A DNA stretch of 64,000 bases from Candidatus Kerfeldbacteria bacterium (lineage in GTDB: Bacteria; Patescibacteriota; Patescibacteriia; UBA10025; JAHIVO01), in contig CP181398.1 of NCBI GenBank assembly GCA_047946875.1, positions 79,154 to 143,153 on the forward strand, in the 5' to 3' direction. Positions within the stretch are counted from its first letter, which is position 1, and each line of letters begins with the position of its first letter. Positions 30,053-40,160 of this stretch are shown piece by piece. Below the pieces are notes generated by a model. The model was not told the origin of the DNA, made no database searches, and saw nothing but the letters and a program-made list of their open reading frames with translations. Position numbers and translations under genes: made by a program.

Positions 30053-30412
30053 ATGAAAAAAATAACATTTGGTTTAATGGCAATAGTTATGATTGCTTTG
30101 ATAGTAATGCCAATGACTGCATCAGCTTTGACAATAGACAGAACATTAGGAACTACATTAGAGTTGGGTACAGCTGATTTAGAGGCGACAGTAATTAATA
30201 TTATTCAATGGGCTTTAGGATTTCTAGGCTTAATTGCAGTAGTTATGATTCTATACGGTGGATTTATTTGGATGACAGCAGCTGGTAATGAAGATAAGGT
30301 TTCAACTGCAAAAAAAGTTATTTCTGCAGCCGTTGTTGGTTTAATTATTGTATTATTAGCATGGGCAATCGTTATATTTGTTGTTGATCAGTCAGATTCA
30401 TTGGTAAATTAA
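30053..30412 (+). CDS. CPR-type pilin (TrbC/VirB2-like)
   Basis: Signal peptide ending ASA, then IIQWALGFLGLIAVVMILYGGFIWMTAAGNEDKVSTAKKVI..AVVGLII. Strong SD GGGGGTG. Confidence 0.85.
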   Translation: MKKITFGLMAIVMIALIVMPMTASALTIDRTLGTTLELGTADLEATVINIIQWALGFLGLIAVVMILYGGFIWMTAAGNEDKVSTAKKVISAAVVGLIIVLLAWAIVIFVVDQSDSLVN

Positions 30413-30423
30413 AATAATTTATA

Positions 30424-30456
30424 CAAAAAGACTTATTAAATAATAAGTCTTTTTGA
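30424..30456 (+). terminator. intrinsic terminator after pilin
   Basis: CAAAAAGACTTATTA-AA-TAATAAGTCTTTTTG perfect inverted repeat. Confidence 0.75.
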
Positions 30457-30489
30457 TTTTGCTAAAAATATGTTAAAATAAGGTAAAAT

Positions 30490-33177
30490 ATGGATAAACT
30501 AAGTTACAATTTATCTGCAGGTGAGGTTCTCAAGAAATATAAAGTAAGTAATGATGGTTTGAGTGATCATGATGTTAATGAGAGATTTGAGAAGTATGGC
30601 CCAAATAAATTACCAGAAGAAAAACCATTTTCTATTTGGGTAATATTTATTGGCCAGTTTAAGAGTACGCTGATATATATTTTATTGATTGCTGCGGTTA
30701 TTAGTTTTGTTTTAGACGACATTGTAAATATGTGGGTTATTTTGGCTGCAGTCGGATTAAATGTTGTAGTAGGATTTTTTCAAGAGTTTAGAGCTCAAAG
30801 AGCTTTGGAAAGTTTAAGAAAGGTTGTTACACGACATGCTATAGTAAGAAGAAATGGTCATGAGACAGAAGTAGAAACTGTGAACTTAGTTCCTGGTGAC
30901 ATAGTCATTTTAAAAGCAGGAGTAAATATACCAGCCGATATTAGATTGATTAAATCGGCAGATCTTAAAGTTAACGAGGCGAGTTTAACGGGGGAGTCAT
31001 TACCAGTAAATAAAAAAATTGAAGCATTACCATCTGCTGTTATAATAGCCGAACAAAAGAATATGGTTTTTATGGGGACTACTATAGTAACTGGTAGTGC
31101 TGAAGGTGTTGTTGTTCATACTGGGTCAGAGACAGAAATTGGTAAGATAGCATCTTTAATTAAAGATACTAAGGAAGAAGAAACTCCGTTACAAAAAAAA
31201 TTATCAAAACTTGGAAAAAATTTAGGGATAATAATATTGGTATTGTCACTTGTAGTATTTTTGACAGGTGTCATTTTGAATTATGAAGTAAAAGAGATGT
31301 TCGCTGTGGCTGTAGCTATCGCTGTGGCTGCAATACCAGAGGGGTTGGTGGTGGTTGTAACTGTAATATTAGCAATCGGAATGCAGAGAATATTAAAACA
31401 TGATGCATTAGTAAGGAAATTAATTGCTGCAGAAACATTGGGTTCAGTTTCAGTTATTTGTACAGATAAGACAGGAACCCTTACAGAGGGAGAGATGAGA
31501 GTAGCTAAAATAATTACTCATAATCGTAGTCTTGATACAGCTAATTATAAAATTAATTTTGCAGAGGAAGATATTAGTCATCATACATTTTTTAGTGTTT
31601 TAAAGATTGGTCTTTTGGCATCTGATGCTTATGTAGAAAACCCTTCAAAAAATTTAGATCATGCTAGCGTGGTTGGCAGTCCTACGGAAAAAGCATTAGT
31701 TTTAGCGGCTTATCAAGCAGGTTTTGACCAGGATAAGGTTAGAAAAGAAAATCCAAGGTTAGAAGAGATACCTTTTGATTCTGATAAAAAATACATGGTT
31801 ACTTTACATCAAGATCAAAAGGGAAATAAGACTATTTATTTAAAAGGAGCGCCGGAAATAATACTTGGTAATTCAGTTAAAATTGACTTAGATAGTAAAA
31901 TTGAAACTTTAACTTCTTCTAGAAAGAAAAAGGTTGAAGAGGAATATAAAAAATTAAGTCAGGAGGGTTTACGGATTTTAGCGATAGCATATCGAAAAGT
32001 AAAAAAAGATTACTCAAATATTCATGGGGATAAAGATTTATTTTCTGAACTCGTCTTTGTTGGATTTGTTGGGATCAAAGACCCATTGCGTAAGAATGCA
32101 GCTTCTACTATAAAGTTATGTCAGGAGGCTGGTATCCGACCTGTAATGTTGACGGGTGATCATAAATTAACCGCGCAGGCAATTGCTAAAGAATTAAATT
32201 TACCAGCCGATGATCATAATATTATAGAAGGTTCTGAGTTTAGTAAGTTTACAAAAGAAGAACTAGAAAAGAGAATTACTGAGATTTCTGTTTATGCTAG
32301 AATCTCACCACATGATAAATTGAGAATCGTTGATGCTTGGCAAGAGAGAGGTGAGGTTGTATCGATGACTGGTGATGGTGTTAATGATGCACCAGCACTG
32401 AAATCTGCTGATATTGGTGTTGCTTTGGGCTCGGGGACTGACGTAGCAAAAGAAACAGCTAGTATGGTTTTATTGGATAATGATTTTAGTACAATTATTA
32501 AAGCAGTTGAGCAAGGGAGAATTATTTATGCTAATTTAAAAAAAGTAATATTGTTTTTAATGGCTGGTAGTTTTACAGAAATGATAGTAATAATTGTCGG
32601 ATTGTTTTTTGGTTGGCCACTTCCAATGTTAGCTGCACAGATTCTATGGTTAAATTTGGTTACAGATGGATTTCCTGATATTGCTTTGACTATGGAGCCA
32701 GGAGAAAAGGGGATTATGAAACAATCACCAATACCTCCAAACCAGCCAATTATTGATCGGGAGATTAAGTTTATTATTATATTAATAAGTGCATTAACAG
32801 GATTATTGTCATTAGGCTTGTTTTATTGGGTATGGAAATCAACTGGTGATTTGGAAAAAGCTAGAACTATGACATTTACTGCTGTAGCTCTTAGCTCGTT
32901 AATGTATGTATTTTCTTGTCGAAGCTTGAAAAGTTCAATTTTTAAAGTTGGTATTTTTTCTAACCGTTATTTGTTAGCTGCAGTATTTGTTGGTTTACTT
33001 TTGCAGTTAATAGCAATATATCTTCCATTTTTCCAAAACATATTTCAAACAGTATCATTGAATATCGCTGATTGGGGTATAATTTTATTACTAGGAGGTT
33101 TAGCTATTTTTGGTATTGAAATATCTAAATGGTTATTTCTTCACAAATTTATTGCTTATAAGAAGAAAAAGGCATAA
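30490..33177 (+). CDS. P-type ATPase, type IIA (Ca2+/cation transporting)
   Basis: TGES, AIPEGL, DKTGTLT, KGAPE, TGD, GDGVNDAP, QILWLNLVTD. Confidence 0.95.
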   Translation: MDKLSYNLSAGEVLKKYKVSNDGLSDHDVNERFEKYGPNKLPEEKPFSIWVIFIGQFKSTLIYILLIAAVISFVLDDIVNMWVILAAVGLNVVVGFFQEFRAQRALESLRKVVTRHAIVRRNGHETEVETVNLVPGDIVILKAGVNIPADIRLIKSADLKVNEASLTGESLPVNKKIEALPSAVIIAEQKNMVFMGTTIVTGSAEGVVVHTGSETEIGKIASLIKDTKEEETPLQKKLSKLGKNLGIIILVLSLVVFLTGVILNYEVKEMFAVAVAIAVAAIPEGLVVVVTVILAIGMQRILKHDALVRKLIAAETLGSVSVICTDKTGTLTEGEMRVAKIITHNRSLDTANYKINFAEEDISHHTFFSVLKIGLLASDAYVENPSKNLDHASVVGSPTEKALVLAAYQAGFDQDKVRKENPRLEEIPFDSDKKYMVTLHQDQKGNKTIYLKGAPEIILGNSVKIDLDSKIETLTSSRKKKVEEEYKKLSQEGLRILAIAYRKVKKDYSNIHGDKDLFSELVFVGFVGIKDPLRKNAASTIKLCQEAGIRPVMLTGDHKLTAQAIAKELNLPADDHNIIEGSEFSKFTKEELEKRITEISVYARISPHDKLRIVDAWQERGEVVSMTGDGVNDAPALKSADIGVALGSGTDVAKETASMVLLDNDFSTIIKAVEQGRIIYANLKKVILFLMAGSFTEMIVIIVGLFFGWPLPMLAAQILWLNLVTDGFPDIALTMEPGEKGIMKQSPIPPNQPIIDREIKFIIILISALTGLLSLGLFYWVWKSTGDLEKARTMTFTAVALSSLMYVFSCRSLKSSIFKVGIFSNRYLLAAVFVGLLLQLIAIYLPFFQNIFQTVSLNIADWGIILLLGGLAIFGIEISKWLFLHKFIAYKKKKA

Positions 33178-33271
33178 ATATAGTTATTTATGTATATGTT
33201 TGTTTAAGGCATATTATCATGACTTTTTTGTTTGCCAAATACATAAAAAAACAGTATAATATTGGTATTAT

Positions 33272-34564
33272 ATGGAAAATGTGTATTTAGTAGATATCCC
33301 TAAATATTTAGATAAAGAAATCACCTTAAAGGGGTGGGTTTTTAATTTTCGCAGTTCTGGTAAGATTTTTTTCTTACAAATTAGAGATGGATCTGGTTTA
33401 ATTCAAGCAGTTATTTCAAAAAATGATGTGTCTGCGGAGACTTGGGAAAATTGTGAAAAAATGCAGATAGAATCAAGTGTAGAAATCATTGGCACTGTTA
33501 GTGAAGACAAAAGATCAGCCTCTGGATATGAAATGCAAGTTAGGGAGTTAAAAATTATTCATATAGCCGAAGAATACCCAATCGCAAATAAAGATCACGG
33601 AGTTGAATTTTTAATGGATAATCGGCATTTGTGGTTGAGGTCTCAAAGGCAAGTGTCAATTATGAGAATTAGGGATGAAATAATTTGGCAAATGAGGGAA
33701 TTCTTCCGTAATGAAGGATTTATGATGACTGATACGCCAATCTTAACTCCAACTTCATGTGAAGGGACAACAACATTATTTGAGACTGAATATTTTGATG
33801 AAAAGGCTTATTTAGCACAATCAGGACAGCTTTATTTAGAAGCTTTGGCTATGGCTCATGGGAGAGTATATGATTTTGGACCAACTTTTCGTGCCGAGAA
33901 GTCTAAAACACGTAGACATATGATGGAGTTTTGGATGTTGGATGCTGAAGCGGCATTCATGCAACATGAGGGAAATTTAATATTGCAAGAAAAATTAATT
34001 CATTATGTTATAACAAATGTATTAAAAAATAGAAGACAGGATTTAGAGATATTAGAAAGAGATGTATCACTATTGGAAAAAGTTAAAATGCCTTTTCCAA
34101 GATTAAGATATGTAGATGCAATAAATGAACTTCAAAAACTTGGGTCTGATATTAAAATGGGTGAGGATATGGGAGCTGATGATGAAACTATGTTGATGAA
34201 AAAATATGATCAACCAATTTTTGTAACTCATTATCCAACAAAAATAAAAGCTTTTTATATGCAACCAGATCCTGAAAATTCAGATTTTGTATTATGTGCT
34301 GATATGTTAGCTCCTGAAGGTTACGGAGAAATTGTCGGTGGATCTGAGAGAATCTGGGATGCAGAATTATTAAAACAACGTCTTAAAGAACATAATTTAT
34401 CAGAAAAAGATTTTGGTTGGTATTTAGATCTAAGACGTTATGGTTCGGTGCCGCATTCTGGATTTGGTATTGGTTTAGAGAGAACAGTGGCATGGATATG
34501 TGGTCTGGATCATGTACGAGAGACAATTCCTTTTGCACGATTAATTAATAGACTTAGACCATAA
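33272..34564 (+). CDS. asnS: asparagine--tRNA ligase
   Basis: [41 protein letters not shown]. Confidence 0.96.
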   Translation: MENVYLVDIPKYLDKEITLKGWVFNFRSSGKIFFLQIRDGSGLIQAVISKNDVSAETWENCEKMQIESSVEIIGTVSEDKRSASGYEMQVRELKIIHIAEEYPIANKDHGVEFLMDNRHLWLRSQRQVSIMRIRDEIIWQMREFFRNEGFMMTDTPILTPTSCEGTTTLFETEYFDEKAYLAQSGQLYLEALAMAHGRVYDFGPTFRAEKSKTRRHMMEFWMLDAEAAFMQHEGNLILQEKLIHYVITNVLKNRRQDLEILERDVSLLEKVKMPFPRLRYVDAINELQKLGSDIKMGEDMGADDETMLMKKYDQPIFVTHYPTKIKAFYMQPDPENSDFVLCADMLAPEGYGEIVGGSERIWDAELLKQRLKEHNLSEKDFGWYLDLRRYGSVPHSGFGIGLERTVAWICGLDHVRETIPFARLINRLRP

Positions 34565-34566
34565 AT

Positions 34567-34974
34567 ATGAAAATAATAAAGGATAACAGGGGGATAACAG
34601 CATATTCAATAATGCTATTAGCTTTATTGGTATTGTCACTAGTTCTTTTAAACGGCATCTCAATTTCATTGAAAAATAATAGAGAAGCAAGGGCTAATAT
34701 AGCAACTGGATTGGAAATAGCTATAAGTTATTGCGGGGGAACTCACCAAATATTTCCATCCGCGTGTATTATTAATCGAGTTTTTGAGTGTGATGGTAAT
34801 TTTATATTGAGAAGTGGATGTCTAGGAGTAGGAGATATAATTTTGAATAAAAATGGTGAGTATGCAAACTGGTGTGGTTATACATCTCTAGAAGGAGCTT
34901 TGCCTAATTGTGGTGAATATTTAATTGATGTTACGGGCAAAGATTGTACAAAATATAATAACTTATGTTTATAA
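34567..34974 (+). CDS. membrane-anchored Cys-rich hypothetical protein
   Basis: N-terminal K..NRGIT plus hydrophobic helix, 8 Cys in the extracellular part. Confidence 0.6.
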   Translation: MKIIKDNRGITAYSIMLLALLVLSLVLLNGISISLKNNREARANIATGLEIAISYCGGTHQIFPSACIINRVFECDGNFILRSGCLGVGDIILNKNGEYANWCGYTSLEGALPNCGEYLIDVTGKDCTKYNNLCL

Positions 34975-34978
34975 TATT

Positions 34979-35563
34979 ATGATGCAAAATAGAAAAATAT
35001 CAACATTTTGGGGAATTTCAATAATTATTATTGAATCAGTTATTGTATTTTTTATATTTTATATATTGTATTTTTTCTGGATAGAGAATCCAACACCCAC
35101 TGATAATATATTAATTGTTAGAGCATTATCTAATCGTGGATTAGTGATACCTGCCAATGTTAATACCGCTGATTGGTTGACATACAATAATGAAGATTAC
35201 AATTTTTCTTTCAAATATCCAGCTTCGTACGATCTTACAAATGATGAAATTGCCTACGGAGAGAATGAAGGGGAATTAATTAATTTGAATGATACTGATA
35301 CTACAGATTTTTATGTTAGAGTGTTTCCAATTCAGCCTGAAGAGACAATTAGCAGTGCATATTTGCGTTTGACTGGGGTTAATCCTGAAGCGTATCAGTT
35401 TTTTACTGAGAAAATATCGGGAGCTGAAGCAGTCGTTTATAGGAAATTACCTGGAGATCCCATTGGTGACGAAATATATTTTATAAGTGGGCAATATTTA
35501 TATGAAGCCCCATTTAATAAAAATTCAGTAAACTTTTTATCTACGTTTAAATTTTTACCATAG
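34979..35563 (+). CDS. membrane-anchored PsbP-like hypothetical protein
   Basis: TM, DWLTYNNEDYNFSFKYP, C-terminal LSTFKF. Confidence 0.65.
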   Translation: MMQNRKISTFWGISIIIIESVIVFFIFYILYFFWIENPTPTDNILIVRALSNRGLVIPANVNTADWLTYNNEDYNFSFKYPASYDLTNDEIAYGENEGELINLNDTDTTDFYVRVFPIQPEETISSAYLRLTGVNPEAYQFFTEKISGAEAVVYRKLPGDPIGDEIYFISGQYLYEAPFNKNSVNFLSTFKFLP

Positions 35564-35569
35564 TTATTT

Positions 35570-36544
35570 ATGAAATATCATAAAGGATTTGTACCAGTAG
35601 CTGTAGTAATTATTATTGCTGTTTTAGCGATTGGATTTATTGGGGTGGCCATTTATTATGAAACGCAGAAAGATGATGTAGAAAATATTCCATGTTGGGA
35701 AAGAGCAGCTGGGTTAATTGGCGGTGATAAAATTGATTGTGAAGCAGATGATCGATGCTATTTACGTAAAGGCGCAAGTTGTCCAGAATGTATGGATGTT
35801 GTATTTACATGTTTAGAAGTTGATGGATCCAGTATAATTAACTTTGAAGAATGCATTGAAGCAGGTAATCCAGCCATGGAAAGTTATCCTAGGCAATGTA
35901 TAGCTGATGGTAAAACGTTTATTGAAGTTATAATTAACGTAAATACAAACACGAATACAAATACTATATCTGGTGGTCCGGTGCAATACGGTGAATGCGG
36001 AGACGGAATTTGTGATTCAGGGGAAAATACCAGCACATATCCTTATTATTGCCCTGAAGACTGTATTAAAACTAATACGGTATTAAATACGAATACCGTT
36101 ATTGATGAAACGGATGATTGGCAGACGTATATAAATAATGAATATGAGTATTCTTTTCAATATTCTTCTGATTGGACAATTGAGGTAAGTGAATATGATG
36201 CAAGTCCTTTTTCTTCAGATGTTGTAATTATTAATAATTTGCTTGATGAATCAGTGTTACATATATGCCCTGATTCTAGAGGTATGTCTTGTGTTCCATT
36301 TCAAGATGGTCAATGGGATTCAAAAAAAAGTGATATAATTGTTGGAAATACTCAAGCGGAGGAAGAGGTATATGTTTTTAGTGGGCCAGAGGATTGCTCA
36401 ACATGTACGACAAGGAGTTTAATTTCTTTTTCAAGTGCACAGGATGGATGGAAAGAGAATGGTCAGTTTATGCTCGTACCAGCTAGCGGGGGATCTTTTG
36501 ATGAATTAAAAAAAATACTTCGCACTTTTAAATTTACTAATTAG
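35570..36544 (+). CDS. modular surface protein (pilin-like N-terminus, Cys-rich modules, PsbP-like domain)
   Basis: KGF plus TM, FEECIEAGNPAMESYPRQC, NTNTNT linker, CGDGICD..E...CPEDC, DWQTY.N..Y.YSFQY. Confidence 0.65.
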   Translation: MKYHKGFVPVAVVIIIAVLAIGFIGVAIYYETQKDDVENIPCWERAAGLIGGDKIDCEADDRCYLRKGASCPECMDVVFTCLEVDGSSIINFEECIEAGNPAMESYPRQCIADGKTFIEVIINVNTNTNTNTISGGPVQYGECGDGICDSGENTSTYPYYCPEDCIKTNTVLNTNTVIDETDDWQTYINNEYEYSFQYSSDWTIEVSEYDASPFSSDVVIINNLLDESVLHICPDSRGMSCVPFQDGQWDSKKSDIIVGNTQAEEEVYVFSGPEDCSTCTTRSLISFSSAQDGWKENGQFMLVPASGGSFDELKKILRTFKFTN

Positions 36545-36547
36545 AAT

Positions 36548-37942
36548 ATGAATAGAATTTTCACAAAAGAAATAGTAAATAAAGTTGGCGAGCAAGTAAA
36601 GCTTAACGGCTGGGTGCATGCTACTCGAAAAATGGGTAAGATGATTTTTATTGATCTACGAGATGTATCTGGTTTGGTGCAGGTTGTTTTTCATTCAGAA
36701 AACCCTGAGGCATTAAAATTAGCGAAACAATTACGACCAGAGTTTGTGATTGAATTAGTTGGGCAAGTTAATAAGCGTCCTGATAATTTGGTTAACAAAG
36801 AGATGATAACTGGTACAGTAGAAATTGAGGCTAAAGAATTAAAAATATTATCAGAATCAAAAACCCCACCATTCGAAATAGTAGAGACTAAGAAAGAAGA
36901 CGTAGGGGAGGAATTACGCTATAAATATCGTTACCTAGATTTACGTCGTGCTAATAACCAACGTAAGATAATACTTCGTTCTAAAGCTTTAAAATTTATG
37001 CGTGATTTCTTGCATAATGAGGGTTTTATAGAGATAGAGACGCCAATATTGGCTAAATCCACGCCAGAGGGCGCTAGGGACTATTTAGTGCCTTCTAGAC
37101 AGCATCCAGGCAAGTTTTTTGCCTTACCACAGTCTCCACAGCAGTATAAACAGATGCTAATGGTAGCTGGTTTTGATAAGTATTTTCAGATAGCTCCATG
37201 TTTTCGTGATGAGGACGCAAGGTCTGATAGAGCTCCAGATCAATTTTTCCAGCTTGATATTGAAATGTCTTTTGTTACACAGGATGAAATATTAAATTTA
37301 TTGGAAAAATTATATACAGAGATGATTGCAGAAGTTTTTCCGGAAAAGCATATGACTTTTGATAAATGGCCACGGATACCATTTGATGAAGCGATGAAAA
37401 AATATGGTAATGATAAACCGGACCTTCGTAAAGATAAAAACGATCTTAATGAATTAGCATTTTGTTTTATTGTTGACTGGCCTTATTTTGAACCAGAGAA
37501 AAAAGATGATAATTATATAGCCTTTCATCATATTTTTACCGCACCAAGGACTGAAGATATTCCATTATTAGATACTGATCCTCTGAAAGTTAGATCATGG
37601 CAACATGACTTAGCATTGAATGGAGTAGAGATAGCTGGTGGTAGTATTAGAATTACTGATCCGGAAGTACAGAAAAAGATATTTGAATTGGTTGGTATCG
37701 ATAAAGATGAAGCTAAGAAAAATTTTAAACATATGTTAGAAGCTTTTGAATATGGGGTACCTCCACATGGTGGGATTGCTCCTGGTATAGATAGATTGTT
37801 GCAAATATTGTTTAACGAAAAAAGCGTTCGAGAGGTTGTAGCTTTTCCAAAGACAGGAGATAATAGAGAACCAATGACTGGATCTCCATCTAAGTCTACA
37901 ACCGAACAGATGAAAGAATTACATATCAAGTTTGATAAATAA
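36548..37942 (+). CDS. aspS: aspartate--tRNA ligase (short, insertion domain lacking)
   Basis: RYKYRYLDLRR, STPEGARDYLVP, ALPQSPQ, CFRDED, PPHGG. Confidence 0.96.
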   Translation: MNRIFTKEIVNKVGEQVKLNGWVHATRKMGKMIFIDLRDVSGLVQVVFHSENPEALKLAKQLRPEFVIELVGQVNKRPDNLVNKEMITGTVEIEAKELKILSESKTPPFEIVETKKEDVGEELRYKYRYLDLRRANNQRKIILRSKALKFMRDFLHNEGFIEIETPILAKSTPEGARDYLVPSRQHPGKFFALPQSPQQYKQMLMVAGFDKYFQIAPCFRDEDARSDRAPDQFFQLDIEMSFVTQDEILNLLEKLYTEMIAEVFPEKHMTFDKWPRIPFDEAMKKYGNDKPDLRKDKNDLNELAFCFIVDWPYFEPEKKDDNYIAFHHIFTAPRTEDIPLLDTDPLKVRSWQHDLALNGVEIAGGSIRITDPEVQKKIFELVGIDKDEAKKNFKHMLEAFEYGVPPHGGIAPGIDRLLQILFNEKSVREVVAFPKTGDNREPMTGSPSKSTTEQMKELHIKFDK

Positions 37943-37955
37943 ATAATAAAGTAGG

Positions 37956-38300
37956 ATGAGGTTATCTCAACTACAAAAATATATTTTGCTTAGTACTTAT
38001 GGTGCTAGAAATAAAATAAAAAGAAATATTTTCTTAAAATTTTACGATAAACAAAAAAAGAAACCAAAGAAAGAAGATCAGCAGGGGATAATATCTCGAA
38101 GTATGGAAAGTTTGATAGAAAAAGGTTTGATGATTGGATACGGAAAGAGAACTCCAGAAAAATGGTTTATTGAAGAAGTAAAATTAACAAGCAAAGGTAA
38201 AATCCAGGTTAGAAAGTTATTTGGTGAACAACAAGTATTACCATTTAAATTAAAACAATTTTCCGGCAAAGCCGGATCCGGCCTGCCTGCCGGTAGGTAG
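37956..38300 (+). CDS. hypothetical protein (winged-helix-like), C-terminus supplied by a palindromic element
   Basis: ISRSMESLIEKGLM...VKLTSKG, ends FSGKAGSGLPAGR. Confidence 0.6.
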   Translation: MRLSQLQKYILLSTYGARNKIKRNIFLKFYDKQKKKPKKEDQQGIISRSMESLIEKGLMIGYGKRTPEKWFIEEVKLTSKGKIQVRKLFGEQQVLPFKLKQFSGKAGSGLPAGR

Positions 38301-38312
38301 GCCCTGTCGGAA
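38261..38312. repeat. GC-rich nested palindromic (REP/MITE-like) element
   Basis: TTCCGGCAAAGCCGGATCCGG[CCTGCCTGCCGGTAGGTAGG]CCCTGTCGGAA in AT-rich context. Confidence 0.8.
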
Positions 38313-38333
38313 ATAATTAATAATTATAATTTT

Positions 38334-40124
38334 ATGAAAACAATTAGAAAAAAAATCATCGTTGGATTAATGTCATTGTTAATCATCCTTCCGCAGATAT
38401 CTTTGGCTGATGGCATGATGATGCCCCCACAAAATTATTGGATTCAGGAAACAGGACAGAAGGCAGTTATTATGTATGAGGACGGAATAGAAACAATGGT
38501 TGTATCTACTTCTTTTGAAGGAGATGCAAATGATTTCGCTTGGGTAATCCCTGTGCCAAATAAACCAGAGGTTAGTAAGGGCTCTCAAGCACTGTTTACA
38601 AATTTGGATGGATTAACTGGTAATATAGTCTCTAATAGTAAAGATATTTCTTTTGGACTTAAAGCTACACAAGATGCTGTTTATGAAGGAGTTACTATCG
38701 TAGAAGAGAAACAAATTGATTATTATGACGTAACAGTTCTATCATCTACTGATAAAGATTCTTTAGTAACTTGGCTTAATGATAATGAATATAATTTTCC
38801 AACTTCAGCAAGTTATATATTAAATAGTTATATTGATAATGGTTGGTATTTTGTTGCAATGAAAGTTAATTCAGAAAGTCTTGAATGGACAGATGTATCA
38901 AAAAGTTTGAGAAAAGGAGAAGCAACTCCAGTAGTTTTACAGTTTGAAGCAAAAAATATTGTTTATCCGATGAAAATTTCTTCTATTGTTTCTAATAGTA
39001 AAAGTGATTCTGAGGAAGCTACTTATGTGACGGGAAAACATGGTCAGGCTCTTAAAGTTTATACCGCAGATGTTGCTGCTTCATATAACGATAAATTAAG
39101 TTTTGATATTACTGATCAGTTTAATACGGAAGCAGGCAGTTTATCAATGTGGTTTAAACCGCATTTTGAATATTCTTTTGCGAGTCATATGGAGGCAATG
39201 ACAATATATGATAATAATATTCCAATATTTTCATTTGGCTTAAAATTTGAAAATGGCGAACATCATTTAGTACTTACTTCAGTCGATGAAAGTGAAAATA
39301 ATTATAAGTGGGTTACTGAAGATATTGCTATCCCATATAATATAGATGTTTGGCGACATTTGGCCTTAACTTGGGAAAATGGAAAATTACCTAAAATTTT
39401 TTTTGGAGGGACAGAATTAATAATTTCTAAAGCATATATTAATAATAGCCAAAGTACTAATATAAATAGTGTTCCTTTTTCAATGAAAATGTTAAAGGGT
39501 ACTGAGGAAATGCGTATTGGAGAATCTGGTAACTATATTTATTTGGATGAATTTAAATTATTTAATAAGGCAAGAAGCAATGAATCAATTTCAAATGAAT
39601 ATTCTTATTCCCAATCTTATTCCCAACCAATTATTGATGAAGAAGGATCTGGTTTGACGATACTGGGACATTTTGATGGTACTTTAAAAAATGATGTGTC
39701 TGGAAATAATTTTAGTTTTAAAGCAGGATCAACTACTTTAGATAACAATTATGAAAGTGTTCCGATATTACTTTATGTATTGGCAGATAATAAAAAAACA
39801 TTGCCAAATTTTTCAACTAATTATGCAAATTGGATAGATAAGGAAAGTATTGAAAAATTAGCCATTGATGATCAAGGAGATTCATTATTAAAACCGACAG
39901 AAAAAAAATATTTTCTTACTAAGCTAACCAGAAGTATGACCTACGATCAAATGACGGAAGATTTATTTATTAGAGATGCTGAAAATAATGAAACAAGTGG
40001 AATAGAGATTACTTTAACTGGCACAAATTCTGTAAATACGTTTTATTTAGCAGTTGGTGCAGGTATATTACTGTCATTGATTTTAGCAATTGCAATATTT
40101 GTAATTAGTAGAAAAGTAGATTAA
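38334..40124 (+). CDS. DUF2330 family protein with inserted LamG/concanavalin-like domain and C-terminal TM
   Basis: ADG..ETGQKAVI, DFAWVIPVP, WL..N.Y, Y...GWYFVAMK, YPMKIS. LamG motifs internal. Confidence 0.75.
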   Translation: MKTIRKKIIVGLMSLLIILPQISLADGMMMPPQNYWIQETGQKAVIMYEDGIETMVVSTSFEGDANDFAWVIPVPNKPEVSKGSQALFTNLDGLTGNIVSNSKDISFGLKATQDAVYEGVTIVEEKQIDYYDVTVLSSTDKDSLVTWLNDNEYNFPTSASYILNSYIDNGWYFVAMKVNSESLEWTDVSKSLRKGEATPVVLQFEAKNIVYPMKISSIVSNSKSDSEEATYVTGKHGQALKVYTADVAASYNDKLSFDITDQFNTEAGSLSMWFKPHFEYSFASHMEAMTIYDNNIPIFSFGLKFENGEHHLVLTSVDESENNYKWVTEDIAIPYNIDVWRHLALTWENGKLPKIFFGGTELIISKAYINNSQSTNINSVPFSMKMLKGTEEMRIGESGNYIYLDEFKLFNKARSNESISNEYSYSQSYSQPIIDEEGSGLTILGHFDGTLKNDVSGNNFSFKAGSTTLDNNYESVPILLYVLADNKKTLPNFSTNYANWIDKESIEKLAIDDQGDSLLKPTEKKYFLTKLTRSMTYDQMTEDLFIRDAENNETSGIEITLTGTNSVNTFYLAVGAGILLSLILAIAIFVISRKVD

Positions 40125-40160
40125 TTAAATTTATATAATAAAATTATTAAATAAAAAAAT

